Source: Callorhinchus milii (lineage: Eukaryota). Taken from it: a stretch of 64,000 nt of DNA. The stretch covers positions 9,238,001 through 9,302,000 of the forward strand of contig NW_024704765.1 in NCBI RefSeq assembly GCF_018977255.1. The letters run 5' to 3'. The notes below the pieces were generated by a model. That model was not told where the DNA came from and searched no databases. It saw only the letters and a program-made list of their open reading frames with translations. This document shows positions 1 through 12,130 of this stretch, piece after piece; positions within the stretch are counted from its first letter, which is position 1; each line of letters starts with the position of its first letter. The translations under genes were made by a program, and so were the position numbers.

Positions 1-3000
1 CAGAGAGACTGACGATCTTGCTAAGATCTGGCCACAGCAAAACCAGTTTCACAAACCAAGCTACAATAGCAACACAATCAACGATGGACCAGTAACAGTG
101 GGAACTGGACACTGGTCCACGGCCAGTGAGCGTGATCTAACTCTGTTAAATGCTAACTCGCTCGAGGCTCCACCACACAGGAAGTTTCCAACATAAATAT
201 AGAAAACGACTATCTGTCGCAAAATAAAATTCGGTCACAGTAGTTAATGTGTTGGCAGACCAGTACTTTTACTGTGGACCAACACTTCATCAGCTGCAGG
301 TCTTGATCCCTTAATTTCAAGTCAATTAAAGTAACGTTCTGATCTTTGCATTTTTATTATAACCTCCTGAATATGCATATAGGTAGCACCAATAACACCT
401 CAATTAAATCTATGTATGGCTTGTCATTCATTACTTGTCAACAATTTCTTGTGAACATAGATGAAAATTACTGAACTTAAACATTGGCCAACTGTCACTT
501 AAAGATCGGGTATTTTATATGCAAGTGTAAGAGTTTCTAGTTGAACAGCAGTTTTCTTGAGCAGAACTTCAATTTTTCCTCTGGGTAGCTTCCTCACACA
601 ACCATACAAGTAATCTTCAGATTGCAAAAAAAAACAATTCTTGGCATTCCTCCAAGCAGCAAATTTAACTCTCCAAAAATTCCACTGTGATCCAACTCGG
701 AAACAAAGTCTTCCATTCATCAGACTGAAAGGAACATAATTCACTACCTATTTTAGACACAGTTAAAAATGCATATCTACTTGTGCACTCTTGTGCAAGC
801 AAGAATAGAGCTGGAATATTTTATTTTATTCCTGGTAGGCAGATACTTAATAATCCTTCATGTGACATAGCGCCTACAATAAAACCTCTCAAAGGCATTT
901 CACTTGTAACTGGTGCCCTGTGTAGTGACTATGTATTTATAGGCAAATGTGACAGCAAATTCCCATTTCTTAGGCAGAGAAAGCTTGCACCCGTCACTAT
1001 AAATAATATTACAGATTCTTTAGTATTAAAACACCAGAAATGCTCTAACAATGCACCCTTGAAGACTGTTGCCAATAGCCTCCACTTTCTCACACAGTAT
1101 ATCACAAACACTAGAAATTGTCTTAATAATTTTCTCTGTCTGAAAACCCATAATATTTGGCAAAAGCTTTCCACCTAAACTAGAACGGTACCACTTGTAG
1201 ATACTTGGCTCTTGTCTGTTCAGATGCCTGAACTCTTGCGCTGCAGACCACCTTAAGAATGAATATAACAGTGTGTATCTATACAATACAAAATCCATGA
1301 GATGAAGAACTGGCTGCTCATGAAGTTTACCAGAAGTTGGATAGAACAAGTTCATGTCATGCCTTGGTATCTGAGGCAACTTATCTGCATAAAATAGAGT
1401 GCATCTCATACTTGCATCATTGACATCATATTGTGCAACTAACTCATTCTGTGTCTTGACATGGGTTTGTTCTATCACTGGACATATTGAGCAGCATGTT
1501 TCTGAGATATATGATCAAGATATAATTTAGTTTAAACTAAACAGACCTGTAAAACAGGTAATTTTTTTTAATTTCCTACCCAATAACACCATTGCATTCT
1601 TATTTCAAAACCTTCTTTCAGTTTTATGCAATATTATATGTAAAATGAAGGATATCCAGGAGAGATTGCAAAGCAGTAATCTCATCGAGGGGTTCATATC
1701 GTGTCAGAAACTGCAACAAAGAAGCTTGAGTAATTTGTAACTGTCATCTGAACTCAGAAAGATATAGGCTTGAAATCGTTTTTTTTAATAATATGTACTC
1801 TGGAGTTTGCAAGAACAGTTTTATTCTGTTTTCAGTCTATTTTATTTCCCCAGCGGTGAGCATCAAGTAAGAACACAGCACGGTGATGCTCCACATAACC
1901 GATGCACGATATCGTCCCGCTGAAAGAGATCAAGCAACAAAGTGTAATCGCTGCGATTTTCTAAGCATCAAGGTGAGGTATGTCACCGAGTACTCCAAAG
2001 TCAGTACAGTCCTACAACAACAATAAAATTACATTTGTACCATTGAAATCTGTGCTACACTGATAATATTGGTTAGCCTCAGAAAAGCACTCCTTATTCC
2101 ACAAATATGACGTATCCACTACCCACATCAGGTATTCTTGTGGGCTCTCCAAGCAAGTCAGTCAATTTACTATCAATTTGTAACAAACCACAGACAAAGT
2201 CTCAAATACGTGATAAGGTGCAAGGATTAATATTATTATCTCTTTGTGCCACATTATATAAATCGCACAAATATTGTACACGATCGCTTGACATGCAGTA
2301 TATTACAGCACATGCCTTTGTGTTGTGGGCCACACATGAACTGCACCCTAAACCTCATGCCTAGTATGAATGAATTCCAACACATTATTATATTGACAAT
2401 CTTATATCGAATTGTTAGCTTCATCATTGATTAAGGTCTATACAAATGGATGGATAAAGCATACCGACTAAGACCGGAGGAGAAGCAGTCAGTACACTCT
2501 ACAGGAGGCTGTTGGTAAGGGGCAAGAATGGAGCCACGTAGAAAAAACTATCTTTGTGATGTAGCCAAACCAATCTGTTCCCATTATTGTGGCTCTCACA
2601 AGACTAGATACAAAATGAAAGAAAAACAATCCCATTTCCTATTACTATCAGCGCTCGAAGGACTGAAGTAATTTCTTAGATTTACTTTCCAGAAAAAGGT
2701 TTTCTGTCTGTTTTGCTTCCTGAATTATATTCTGCACAGGGGGTGTAGCAAAGCTCAAGACCCCCTGAAGTTCAAGTCATTCCCAGGTCTCAGGAGCAGA
2801 AAATTCAGCGCTTGAAGCTCCATATTTGTTCTTTCTTGCGTTCATTCTGTTCCCTACTCAATTTTGCTATGCTTGCTTAAATTTGTTTTCCTTCCTCCTC
2901 GCCTTACCCCCCACTCATCCCCCCACCCCACCGTTGCAATTGTAAAGTAGTTCTACAGCTTCACTGGCCCTGGGGAACAAGACCTCAAAGCTGAAGATAC

Positions 3001-6000
3001 TAGCTCTGCAACACATCTAATTATACAAAAACATAATGTACTGGAGCAGAGTACAGAACTCATACATCAGAGCACGTCTCAGATGTATAGTACACACAAA
3101 AGAAAATTGCAAACGCTTAACATTGGATTTTAGAAGATACACAAAAACACAAGACTGCAATTCTAAAAGGGCTTTTTTAAAAAAATAGAATGAAAGAAGG
3201 AAGACCTTGTACGTTTATAGCACCTATAATTCTGAAACATATCAAAGCACTTCACTACAATTGTAGTCCCCTGTCTACTGTTATTTTGTAGGTAAATAAA
3301 TAAAAGGGATTAGACACAAGACAACCGCTTATGAATAAATGCAAACACCTCATCTTCCAATTTTTAAATCTGAAATTTGTTATACCCCATAAATAAAGAA
3401 AAATCTGAATTAAACGTATTTAACATAAGCGGAGACAATATGGTACCAATGCACTGAGCTTCACGCAAAATACCCTCAAACTCTAATTTACCCTAAAATA
3501 AAGGGTACTTGTTATTGGACTTCAGAAGTGTGAGTCTAATCTACACTTACAATCAATAGTACTGCCCAGGCATCAGAAAAGTTCAGATAAGACAGCTCAG
3601 TCTCCAAGAGGCTCACATTTATGTGTCTGGAATGAAAATATCTCCTAGCCATGATTCTGTACAAATAGCCAAGTGTCCGCTTCTGTTGTGGACGACAATT
3701 AACATTCTTCAGCAGGGAATACATCTAGAAATCGTTTTCTTCAGTGATGTTTTCCTTGTCTGGTGAGTACCACTTAATGGAAATCCTTTTAATGGGACCA
3801 TTTGCTCAGGCATCAACATATTCTCCCCATAATCCACAGTCGTTGTTTAATTGGATCCATTAGATAAAGGAAACTTTCTCTCACCTCAGGGTACTCCCAT
3901 TAAGCAGCTGCTAAATCTGCATGATGGTAAAGCCAATCAAGCTAGTACCTTGAAAAATGTGCCATTTTGGCAATTTATTTGAAATGTATACTTGTGCACA
4001 GATTTGAGCTCCAAGCGATAGAATAATATTTGGTTTTTTAGTCACGAATATACAGCTGTTTTATCTCAAAGTTATATTGAAGCTCAGTGAGTGATGCACA
4101 TAAACCAAAGCCCCTCTACTGGTGCCAGCAGGGCATCACTGCCCATGATCACGGAGCTCCCATTTCCTCCAAAATTTGCGAGCACCACCACATATGGTCA
4201 GGGGCACCTGACATGTCTTGTTTCCACCCGCCCATTTACTAAGCCATTCTTGAGAATCTGTGGAAACTCTACACCCTAGTGTGCATTCTTACCATACGCA
4301 CATTTAATCTACTTACAGTAGCATTGTGAATCCATTGCACTGGTGAAAAGGGGTCAGATTAACACCAATAAGTGAAGTAAGTCAATTTGTGCATTAGTTT
4401 CTAGGGTGTCTGTTCAGCTATTACACCATCTACTTTCACAGTCTCTCTGTCGTGGAGCTGTCCAATTTGACTGTGATTCATCTGCTTTATGCTAGTATTT
4501 CTGTGTCCAATTTGCACCATTATTGCATGAATTTAGCATAATGTCTAGTACAAGAATATTTATGACTTCTAAATATAGGGACTTGTACTCCTGTGCAACC
4601 TTGTAATCCAAAATCACCAAACAGTTTTGCAACATATAATCCACATTTTAAAGCCCTTTTTAAAATACCTTTTCCATTGAATTTAATTTCTTTGAGTTCT
4701 TTTTTATATAAAGGTCTGAACCGTTGCCACCCTGAGCCTCTCACTTGAATATTATGAGAATATTAAAGGACGCTTCCCCCTTTTTACATGTAGGGATGGG
4801 AAGGGGCACGTGGCTTGTTCAATGTCTGATTGAACACCCTAGTTTCTCTATCCTAGTCACCAATTTGCTAATATGTTTTGATTCCCATTACACTTCTTCA
4901 AACTTTCTGATGACTTAACTCAAGAGTCAATAGCAGTACATTTCAGAATAAGCTAAACAAGCTAACCAGGGTAAAACTAGTCATTTGGACCGGGAATGAA
5001 TTCCATCCACTGCCAGATGACAATCTAGGCAGAACAATACCCAATGATTGCCACTAGATGTCTCTTGCTCGAGTGGCAGAAAATCCACATTTCAGATATT
5101 CAGGAAGCTTCTCTATGGATACATTTTGCCGACACATTCTCAGAACCAGGTATGTGTATATGAGATAGTTAGCATTTTACGCAACGGTTTTACGATGATC
5201 TAATAAACTGTTAGCTGCAAGTTTTGTTGTCTGGTGGTTCTATGGCCTTAATTTTGACTCTCAATACCAGCAAACAGAACAAAAAAATACAAAGCTCGAC
5301 AATATTTCTTCCTCTCCCCTCAAAAGTAGGAATATGATTACTCTGTACCAAGTTACCAGAGCTACAAAGAATTCCTTGAACTGAAAGCTAGACTGAGATA
5401 ATAGTTGACCACAGAAGGCTTGATGCATTGCTACTGTCGTATGGCAGTAAAGTAACACCGTAGCTACTGGAATGCATACATGCAGGAAGGAATAGCTGTT
5501 TAAATCAAGCTGTGACTCTCTGACTATGAAGCTGGTGTTTCTTTTGACAGAGAAACTGATACAGTAATTTAATCAGGAGCAACAAAAATCCTAGCCAAGT
5601 CTGCAAAAGATGACAAAAAAAAACTTGGCGGCAATCAAAATAGATCGTCTAATAGAATTGCGATTGGCACAATTATTTCTGACAGGAGCCGCAATTTGCA
5701 AAGGAAGAAGTGCGTTGTATGGGTACAACAAAACCTGTTTGCTTAAATGTTTTTAAAAATATATAGTGAATAGGGTACCCAAAACAAAGAGAAAGCTATC
5801 ATTTCCCGTATGTAAAATACTGCTATGAGAACCACTCTACACGTCTAACAGAGGCAGTGAAATAAAACACAGTTAACCTGTAAAAAACACACTCCAACAA
5901 ATCTTTTTTTACATCTTCAAGAACAAGGGCAACAATGATCCTTTTAAATCTTAAGGATATACTCGGGTCATCAACATGCACTGCACTGAACTACTCCTGA

Positions 6001-7299
6001 AACTGAGAATTTCATTTTCACAAAAAAATCACAGAAATCATAAAACCCTTGCCAATGTTTGCTTTGCCGCTGTTTGTTGCTTGATATTATTACAAAAAAA
6101 AGTATTGATAATGTCACAAGTAACCTTACCCATTGATCCTAGAAGAGCACTACCCTACGACTAATCTACAAGTTACTACAGTCTCACTGTGTCGTAGGGT
6201 TGGGGGATAGAATGTTTCAGAATCAGCAAATTCACAAATAATTTCCTGGCGTGTTCAGTACTGTCATTGTAAAATATTAATGGAATATATCATATTGGAC
6301 TATAATTAAATCCTGGAGTAACTACATCATGCAAGATTTTGTCCGTTTGCACAATTTACTGTGTATCAAGCAAACGCACAGATCTTTTCACAGTATAATA
6401 GCTGACATTCTTATAGCTTGCCCACCATCACTGTGGAGAAGACTTTTTAAGGCTTCAACATTCTCATCATAATTCAGAAAAAAACCTCATATTGTTTATT
6501 CTTACGGTTTACAGAAAAGCTACGAAGGGGAAACATTTATAAAAAGTTCTTAACAATTAAATAAAAAACTTTTTTTTAAGTGAGTTTACATTCCCACAAA
6601 TTTTCTCAGAACGGAAGAAACAATTTTAATACTTTCACTCCCCCACCCAAAAATAAAACCACTCCGCAAGATTAAATTTACAATAGGAATACACAGCAGT
6701 AAGAAGGGGCGATTTCAATCTCTAGTCACTTGGTTGAGAAGAAATTTGGTTAAATATTTCGCTGAATTACTTCTTTCCGAATTATTTCAGAACCGAATCG
6801 CCGAAGTAGTGAAGCCAAACCAGCAGCCGAGGATTGCGGGTGTAACAATAATAATCCTTGCAACTCACAGAGCGCATTATCGCGGCGTCGAGGAGGCGTC
6901 TCAAAGCGCTTCACAGAACACGCCGTAAAGTGGAGCGACGAGCGCGCTTTGTCGGCGAAGCACGGCGGCCGACTGGTGCCGCGCAAACAGTCGTGAAAGG
7001 AGCGACCAAATTATTATTATTATTATTATTATTTTAGCATCAATGACAACTTTACTGACTTACCATGTGCCATCCCCTCCCGCCCACCCACCCCCTCTGA
7101 ACTGAAGCTGCCTATTTTAATAGATTCCTCTTTATTATGGGGTGTTTTTATATATATATACATATATATGTGTGTATATATATTGGGGAGGGAGAGGGGT
7201 AGGGGAAACAATTGCAATATTTGACGTGCATCAAAAGGGAGGAGAGGAAGTGAAGGGGAAGGGAAGGAAAGTAACCGACTTGACTTTAAGCACTTTAGC

Positions 7300-8480
7300 C
7301 CCAGATAAACAATCCGCTACCGCCCTCTTGCGGGATTCCGCCTCCCGCAAAGCCATGGCATTTTGAGGGGGGCTTCAAATAATCCTCCTCCCGCCCCCCC
7401 CCCCAACCCCCAACCCCCTACACACACACACCACACACACACACACACACACAACCGGTGGAAAGTGACAGCGGCTGAGGGATGGGATGGCGGCGGCGGC
7501 GGTGGTGGGGGGCGGTGGGGGCAGAAAAAAAATACACGGAGGGTAGTAGACACGTCTCTCCCGTTTACACCACAGAGAGTGACAAGACAGGGACACGCAG
7601 ACCGACAGGTTAGACAGACAGCGGGACGGCCATCCCCGGCTTCTCCTCCTGTCAGGGAGGGAGGGAGGGAGAGAGGGAGAGAGGGAGGGCGAGGATTCAA
7701 AAAATAACGGTTTTTTTTTTCCGCTCCGTTCGCAGCGCTTTCCTGTCGGATTCACCTCATTGTCGCCCTCCTCTCCTCTCCCCCTCCTCCCTCCCTCCCT
7801 CCCCGCCCCCCCCGACGCTGTCAGCGCGAGCAGAATTAATATTTTTTGATATTTCCCCCCCACCCCCCGTCCGTGCGTGTGTATGTGTGTATGTATTGCG
7901 GGTATAGATGTACGTACGTGTGTGTGTGTGTGTGTGTGTAAAAAAAACACACGACCGTCGCTCCCTCAGTCCTTACCTTCCGGCTTCTTTTCGGCAGCCA
8001 TTGCTCAGTCCCCCCACTTACATCCCTAAACCCGAGCGCCGGAGAAGACCTCGGCTCAACCGAACCTGCAGCGCGCGCCGACCCAGCCCCAGCTCCCAAG
8101 CCCCGCCCCCTCTCTCTCTCTCTCTCCCACTCCCGGCGCTGCCATTGGCCGGCCCCCGCTCAGCTCCCGCCCCTCCGGCCGTCGGATCGAAGCGCGGTTG
8201 GACGCCGCGCCCGCCCGTCGAGGCGGCTTCCGGTCAGCGGGTGAGGTTGCGCGACGCCCCGTTCCCCGCCCACTTTCCTCGCCGCGTGCCGCGAGCGCAC
8301 GTCGCGTGGGAAAAAACGCGATGACGCACAACGCCGGAGCGTGCCCCCTCCCCCCCCCTCCTCCCTTTCCCTTTCCCTCATTGCCTCTCAGACTTTGCAA
8401 TGAGGAGCAACAACAGGACCAAGTGGATTGGCTTCTCCCAAACCCAAGATGAACGGACTCCCCGCGCAGAGCCTCCACGT
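7300..8480. promoter_or_regulatory. CpG island / CAMTA1 promoter
   Basis: GC- and CpG-rich stretch around exon 1 with GC boxes (CCCCGCCC), ATTGG (~8144), ETS-like CTTCCGG (~8228) and TGACGC (~8322). Boundaries approximate. Confidence 0.7.
7977..8001 (-). CDS. CAMTA1: CAMTA1 first coding exon (MAAEKKPE, phase-1 donor); rest of gene lies left of the window
   Basis: Minus strand ATGGCTGCCGAAAAGAAGCCGGAAG|gtaagg. An overlapping frame reads WLPKRSRK, matching the human CAMTA1 N-terminus (WLPKTSRK) as I recall it. Lies in a CpG island head-to-head with DNAJC11, as expected from synteny. Confidence 0.8.
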
Positions 8481-8829
8481 GGTTGGGAGCACAGTTGCTA
8501 AATATACAACTCTGTCTCCAATAATAATCATCCTTGCATTTGATACGGCGCCTTACCGCGCGTCTTTGGGATTAAATGAGACTTAATTCATTAATTACGT
8601 TTCGAAGCGCTTCGCTGGAAGCGTACGTCGTAAAGTGGATTGACTGTGTATTTATGTTAATATGATGTACATATTTGTACAAATATATATTTCGTATATA
8701 TTTTATAAATGTGTAAACTGTATATAAATATATTTATATAACTGTATATAATGTATATAACAAAATAGTATTATTAAATAACATTTCCAACATTGGCATG
8801 TGATACAGCTCCTATAATGATATTAATAG

Positions 8830-9110
8830 GAGGGAGGCAGGGGAATTTCAGCCCAAACTGATCCTGTCTTTACCTGACATACACACACAGGCAGCAGGGA
8901 CAACTGAATAACGATCAGGACATGGAACCTCGGCCAAGTTTCCTTCTTCCTGGCTCAGGGATTCTGAGGCCAATTGTAGCATCTCTCCTGCTGCCTCCAG
9001 CTGAGATCAGCTAACTCAGCACAGACCGGGAATCGAACCAGCAACCTTCCTGGTGTGCTTAGCTCACATTTGCTCTGGGCAGCGGCTTTAGCAATGAACC
9101 GCCATGGGAG
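8830..9110 (-). mobile_element. Second tRNA-derived SINE-like family (B); related fragments ~19060-19200 (+), 38380-38560 (-), 49670-49850 (-)
   Basis: Minus strand has B-box GGTTCGATTCCC followed by gtctgtgctgagttagctgatctcagc, a motif that recurs in the other copies. Confidence 0.55.
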
Positions 9111-10899
9111 GCATGACAGTGCTTGTTCAGCCTAATGTTAAACAACATATGTTTCCACAAGCTTTCAGTATCCCAGTAGCCCCTTTGATCAGGGAAGTAA
9201 ATCTGTTTCTGGCTGAAGCAGGAAGATTTAAGTGATAAGCAGCCCCCCCAGACGATGCTTTTCTGTAACTCTAAACGCCACACGGCCCGTGCAGAGCACA
9301 GTTGTTGCTCTGGAACAAATCCAGAACTGAGGTTTCAATAATGTCTTTCAGTGGATCCACTCTGGATTCATTCCAGGATACACGTTACCACCCGAGCGGG
9401 GCTTGCTGCCAAGGTGTTGTCATTATAGCACTCTCCTGATAAGTGCATAATTGATTGTGTACTTATTTCACCAGTACACACACAAGAGAAGAGTCTACAA
9501 AGATATAAGGAGATATTAAATTAATTTAGTTGAAGAGATCTGTTTATTATTTTTGCAATAATAATGCAAAACAGGACTTCTTAAAGAGATCAGTCTGAAA
9601 CTCACACTGCCTTGTCTCAAGTGCAGACTAAATCATTTAACACAATTAATAATGCCATAACATCAAAATGACTCAAAGCAATTCAGAGGTAATTGCTGTG
9701 GAGTTCAGTTGTAGGTAAACATGGTAGCCATTTGTGCACAGCAAGATCCCACAAAGAGCCATGTGGGGTTTCTTAATGAATTAACTTAATAGTCCACGTG
9801 AACAAGGACTTCAGTTCAACATCCGAAGGATGGTCCCTCTGACATTGCAGTGCTTTATCTCACTGGAGTGTCAGTCTGGACTGTGAACTCAGGCCCTGAT
9901 GTCGGGGATGTGTGAGTGTTACTTCCTCAGCCAGACAAGCACCAGTTAGTTTAAGGAATAAGCTATAAACTTATATTTCCACCAGCGTGACATCACAGTG
10001 ATGGTGTTACATCACAAATAAACCTCAGTGAATTTCCTGCGGTAGATGTACAGTACTCAGTAAAGGAGAAGGAAAAGTCTTGGGAGATTATGTTTAGGTT
10101 CGTTAGAGAGAAGTTAAAAATAGTCAATCCTTTGGAAAATTCACACCAAGTTACCAGCCATCAATGCTTCTTGCGAAATATGTCACTTACAACTGCACTT
10201 CTAAAGCAAAATTCATGAATAGAGAAAATAATTGATTTATTCCACCAATACTGTAACGAGCAGATCAACATGAAGGACACTGCCAGTCATACAAGGTCAG
10301 TCCTTGATACTGCCCACTATTCACCAACGGGGGGGGGGGGGGGGTGGGGTGTGTGTGTGTGGGGGGGGGGTGTGTGGGGGGGGGTGGTGTGTGGGGTGGG
10401 GGGTGTGTGTGTGGGTGGGGGNNNNNNNNNNNNNNNNNNNNNNNNNNNNNNNNNNNNNNNNNNNNNNNNNNNNNNNNNNNNNNNNNNNNNNNNNNNNNNN
10501 NNNNNNNNNNNNNNNNNNNNNNNNNNNNNNNNNNNNNNNNNNNNNNNNNNNNNNNNNNNNNNNNNNNNNNNNNNNNNNNNNNNNNNNNNNNNNNNNNNNN
10601 NNNNNNNNNNNNNNNNNNNNNNNNNNNNNNNNNNNNNNNNNNNNNNNNNNNNNNNNNNNNNNNNNNNNNNNNNNNNNNNNNNNNNNNNNNNNNNNNNNNN
10701 NNNNNNNNNNNNNNNNNNNNNNNNNNNNNNNNNNNNNNNNNNNNNNNNNNNNNNNNNNNNNNNNNNNNNNNNNNNNNNNNNNNNNNNNNNNNNNNNNNNN
10801 NNNNNNNNNGGGGGGGGCACAATTATTAGTTTTTCGTCAATGTCAGTATTAGAATTCTGCCGCAAGTGTTTCAATAGATCGAATAATTTTTTTTTTGCA

Positions 10900-12130
10900 T
10901 TTGATACGGCCCTCATCGCGTCGCTGTGAGCGCGCGGTGTACTGTCCGGACAGGACTTGCTGCAGAGTGTAGTGACTGTGCATTCTTCGCAGGTGACAGA
11001 CACACTGACAGGCGCGGCCCCCGTGTCGTTGCAGGATGATGCACTGAGAGGGGCGGCGTGACATTCTCCCCGAGTCCTCCCGGCCAGAAGGGGGAGCGCG
11101 TCACGGAGAGGGCGAGAAGCGGCCGAGGTCTTGTCGGTCCGCGGGGGAGGGGGAGGGGGGGGAGTCGCCTCTTTCCGGCTCCTCGCGCCCTCCTCGGCGC
11201 GGCCGCCCGGGCTGCGGGGGGGGGGGGGGGAGGGGGAGGGTCGGAGGTGACAATGGCGGCGGCCTTGGCGGACGAGGAGATCGACAACGATGACTTTTAC
11301 GCGCTTCTGAACGTCAGGAGGGAGGTGAGCGGCCGCGGGGGGGGGGTGTGGTGGGGGGGGGGAGACGCTCCAGGTCCCGAGCCCCCGTGGGGGGGGGGGG
11401 GGGCCGCCGGGTCACAGCAGCACAGACTGACAGCTCTGGGACCCCCCCCTCCCGCTCCCCGCTCCCCCTCCGCTTTTAAATAGCGACGGCGATCCTTTCC
11501 ATTTGCCGTCGTGTTCGCGGTGCGCGTGTGGGGTTTTTTTTTTTCGCGGCACCGCCACCGGTACCGGTCGGTCGGTCTCAGCCTGGGCTCAGCTCAGCCT
11601 GGCTCGGGCCGGCCCACGCTCTCGGGCCCTGCCCCGAGTCAGGAGGGAGGAGGGGGGGTTGTTCCAAACGCCTTGGGATAATAATAATGATAATAATGAT
11701 AATAATAATAATAATGATAATAATAATGATAATAATAATAATGATAATGATGATGATAATAATCCGTGCGTTTTTGATATCGCGCTGTTGAGGCGTCTCC
11801 AAGCGCTTCGCTGCGAAGCGTACAGCGACTGTGCGTATCGTGGACGAAACGCGGCGGCCCGTCGCGCCCCCCACTCCACCGCCACCCTCCCCTCCCCTCC
11901 CTCAGCAGCCTCGGATCCGAGTGACTCACGTTTTGTTTTTTCGAGGGACGTCCCCCCCGACGTGAAAGGCGCTTTACACACACACACGTAATTCGTCGTT
12001 GCTGTTTGTTGCAGTTGGGTTCAAGCCCCTGCGCTGAGGGACTCGGTGAGCTCATAGTTCAGGCTGACCCTCCAGTGCAGCACTGGGGGGGGGGACGCTT
12101 TATTGTCAAGAGACGCCGTCCTTCGGATGA
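10900..12130. promoter_or_regulatory. CpG island / DNAJC11 promoter and exon 1
   Basis: High GC/CpG density surrounding the ATG at 11253. Boundaries approximate. Confidence 0.7.

Noticed and set aside
3885-3948. Possible 64-nt cassette (poison) exon in CAMTA1 intron 1 (tttttcaag|...gag|gtgaga on the minus strand)
   Set aside because: Weak pyrimidine tract, AAG acceptor and no recognisable similarity to known CAMTA1 exons; such matches arise by chance.
499-6986. Short ORFs in the AT-rich left region
   Set aside because: No recognisable domains or coherent splice structure; treated as CAMTA1 intron 1.
10265-11003. ORFs spanning N runs (also around 28.8-29.6, 33.0-33.4, 35.5-36.0 and 42.4-43.2 kb)
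   Set aside because: Artefacts of translating through assembly gaps and GT/G-rich repeats.
11503-12055. ORFs with poly-N/D, poly-I or poly-Y/H tracts
   Set aside because: Products of the (AAT/GAT)n microsatellite in DNAJC11 intron 1.
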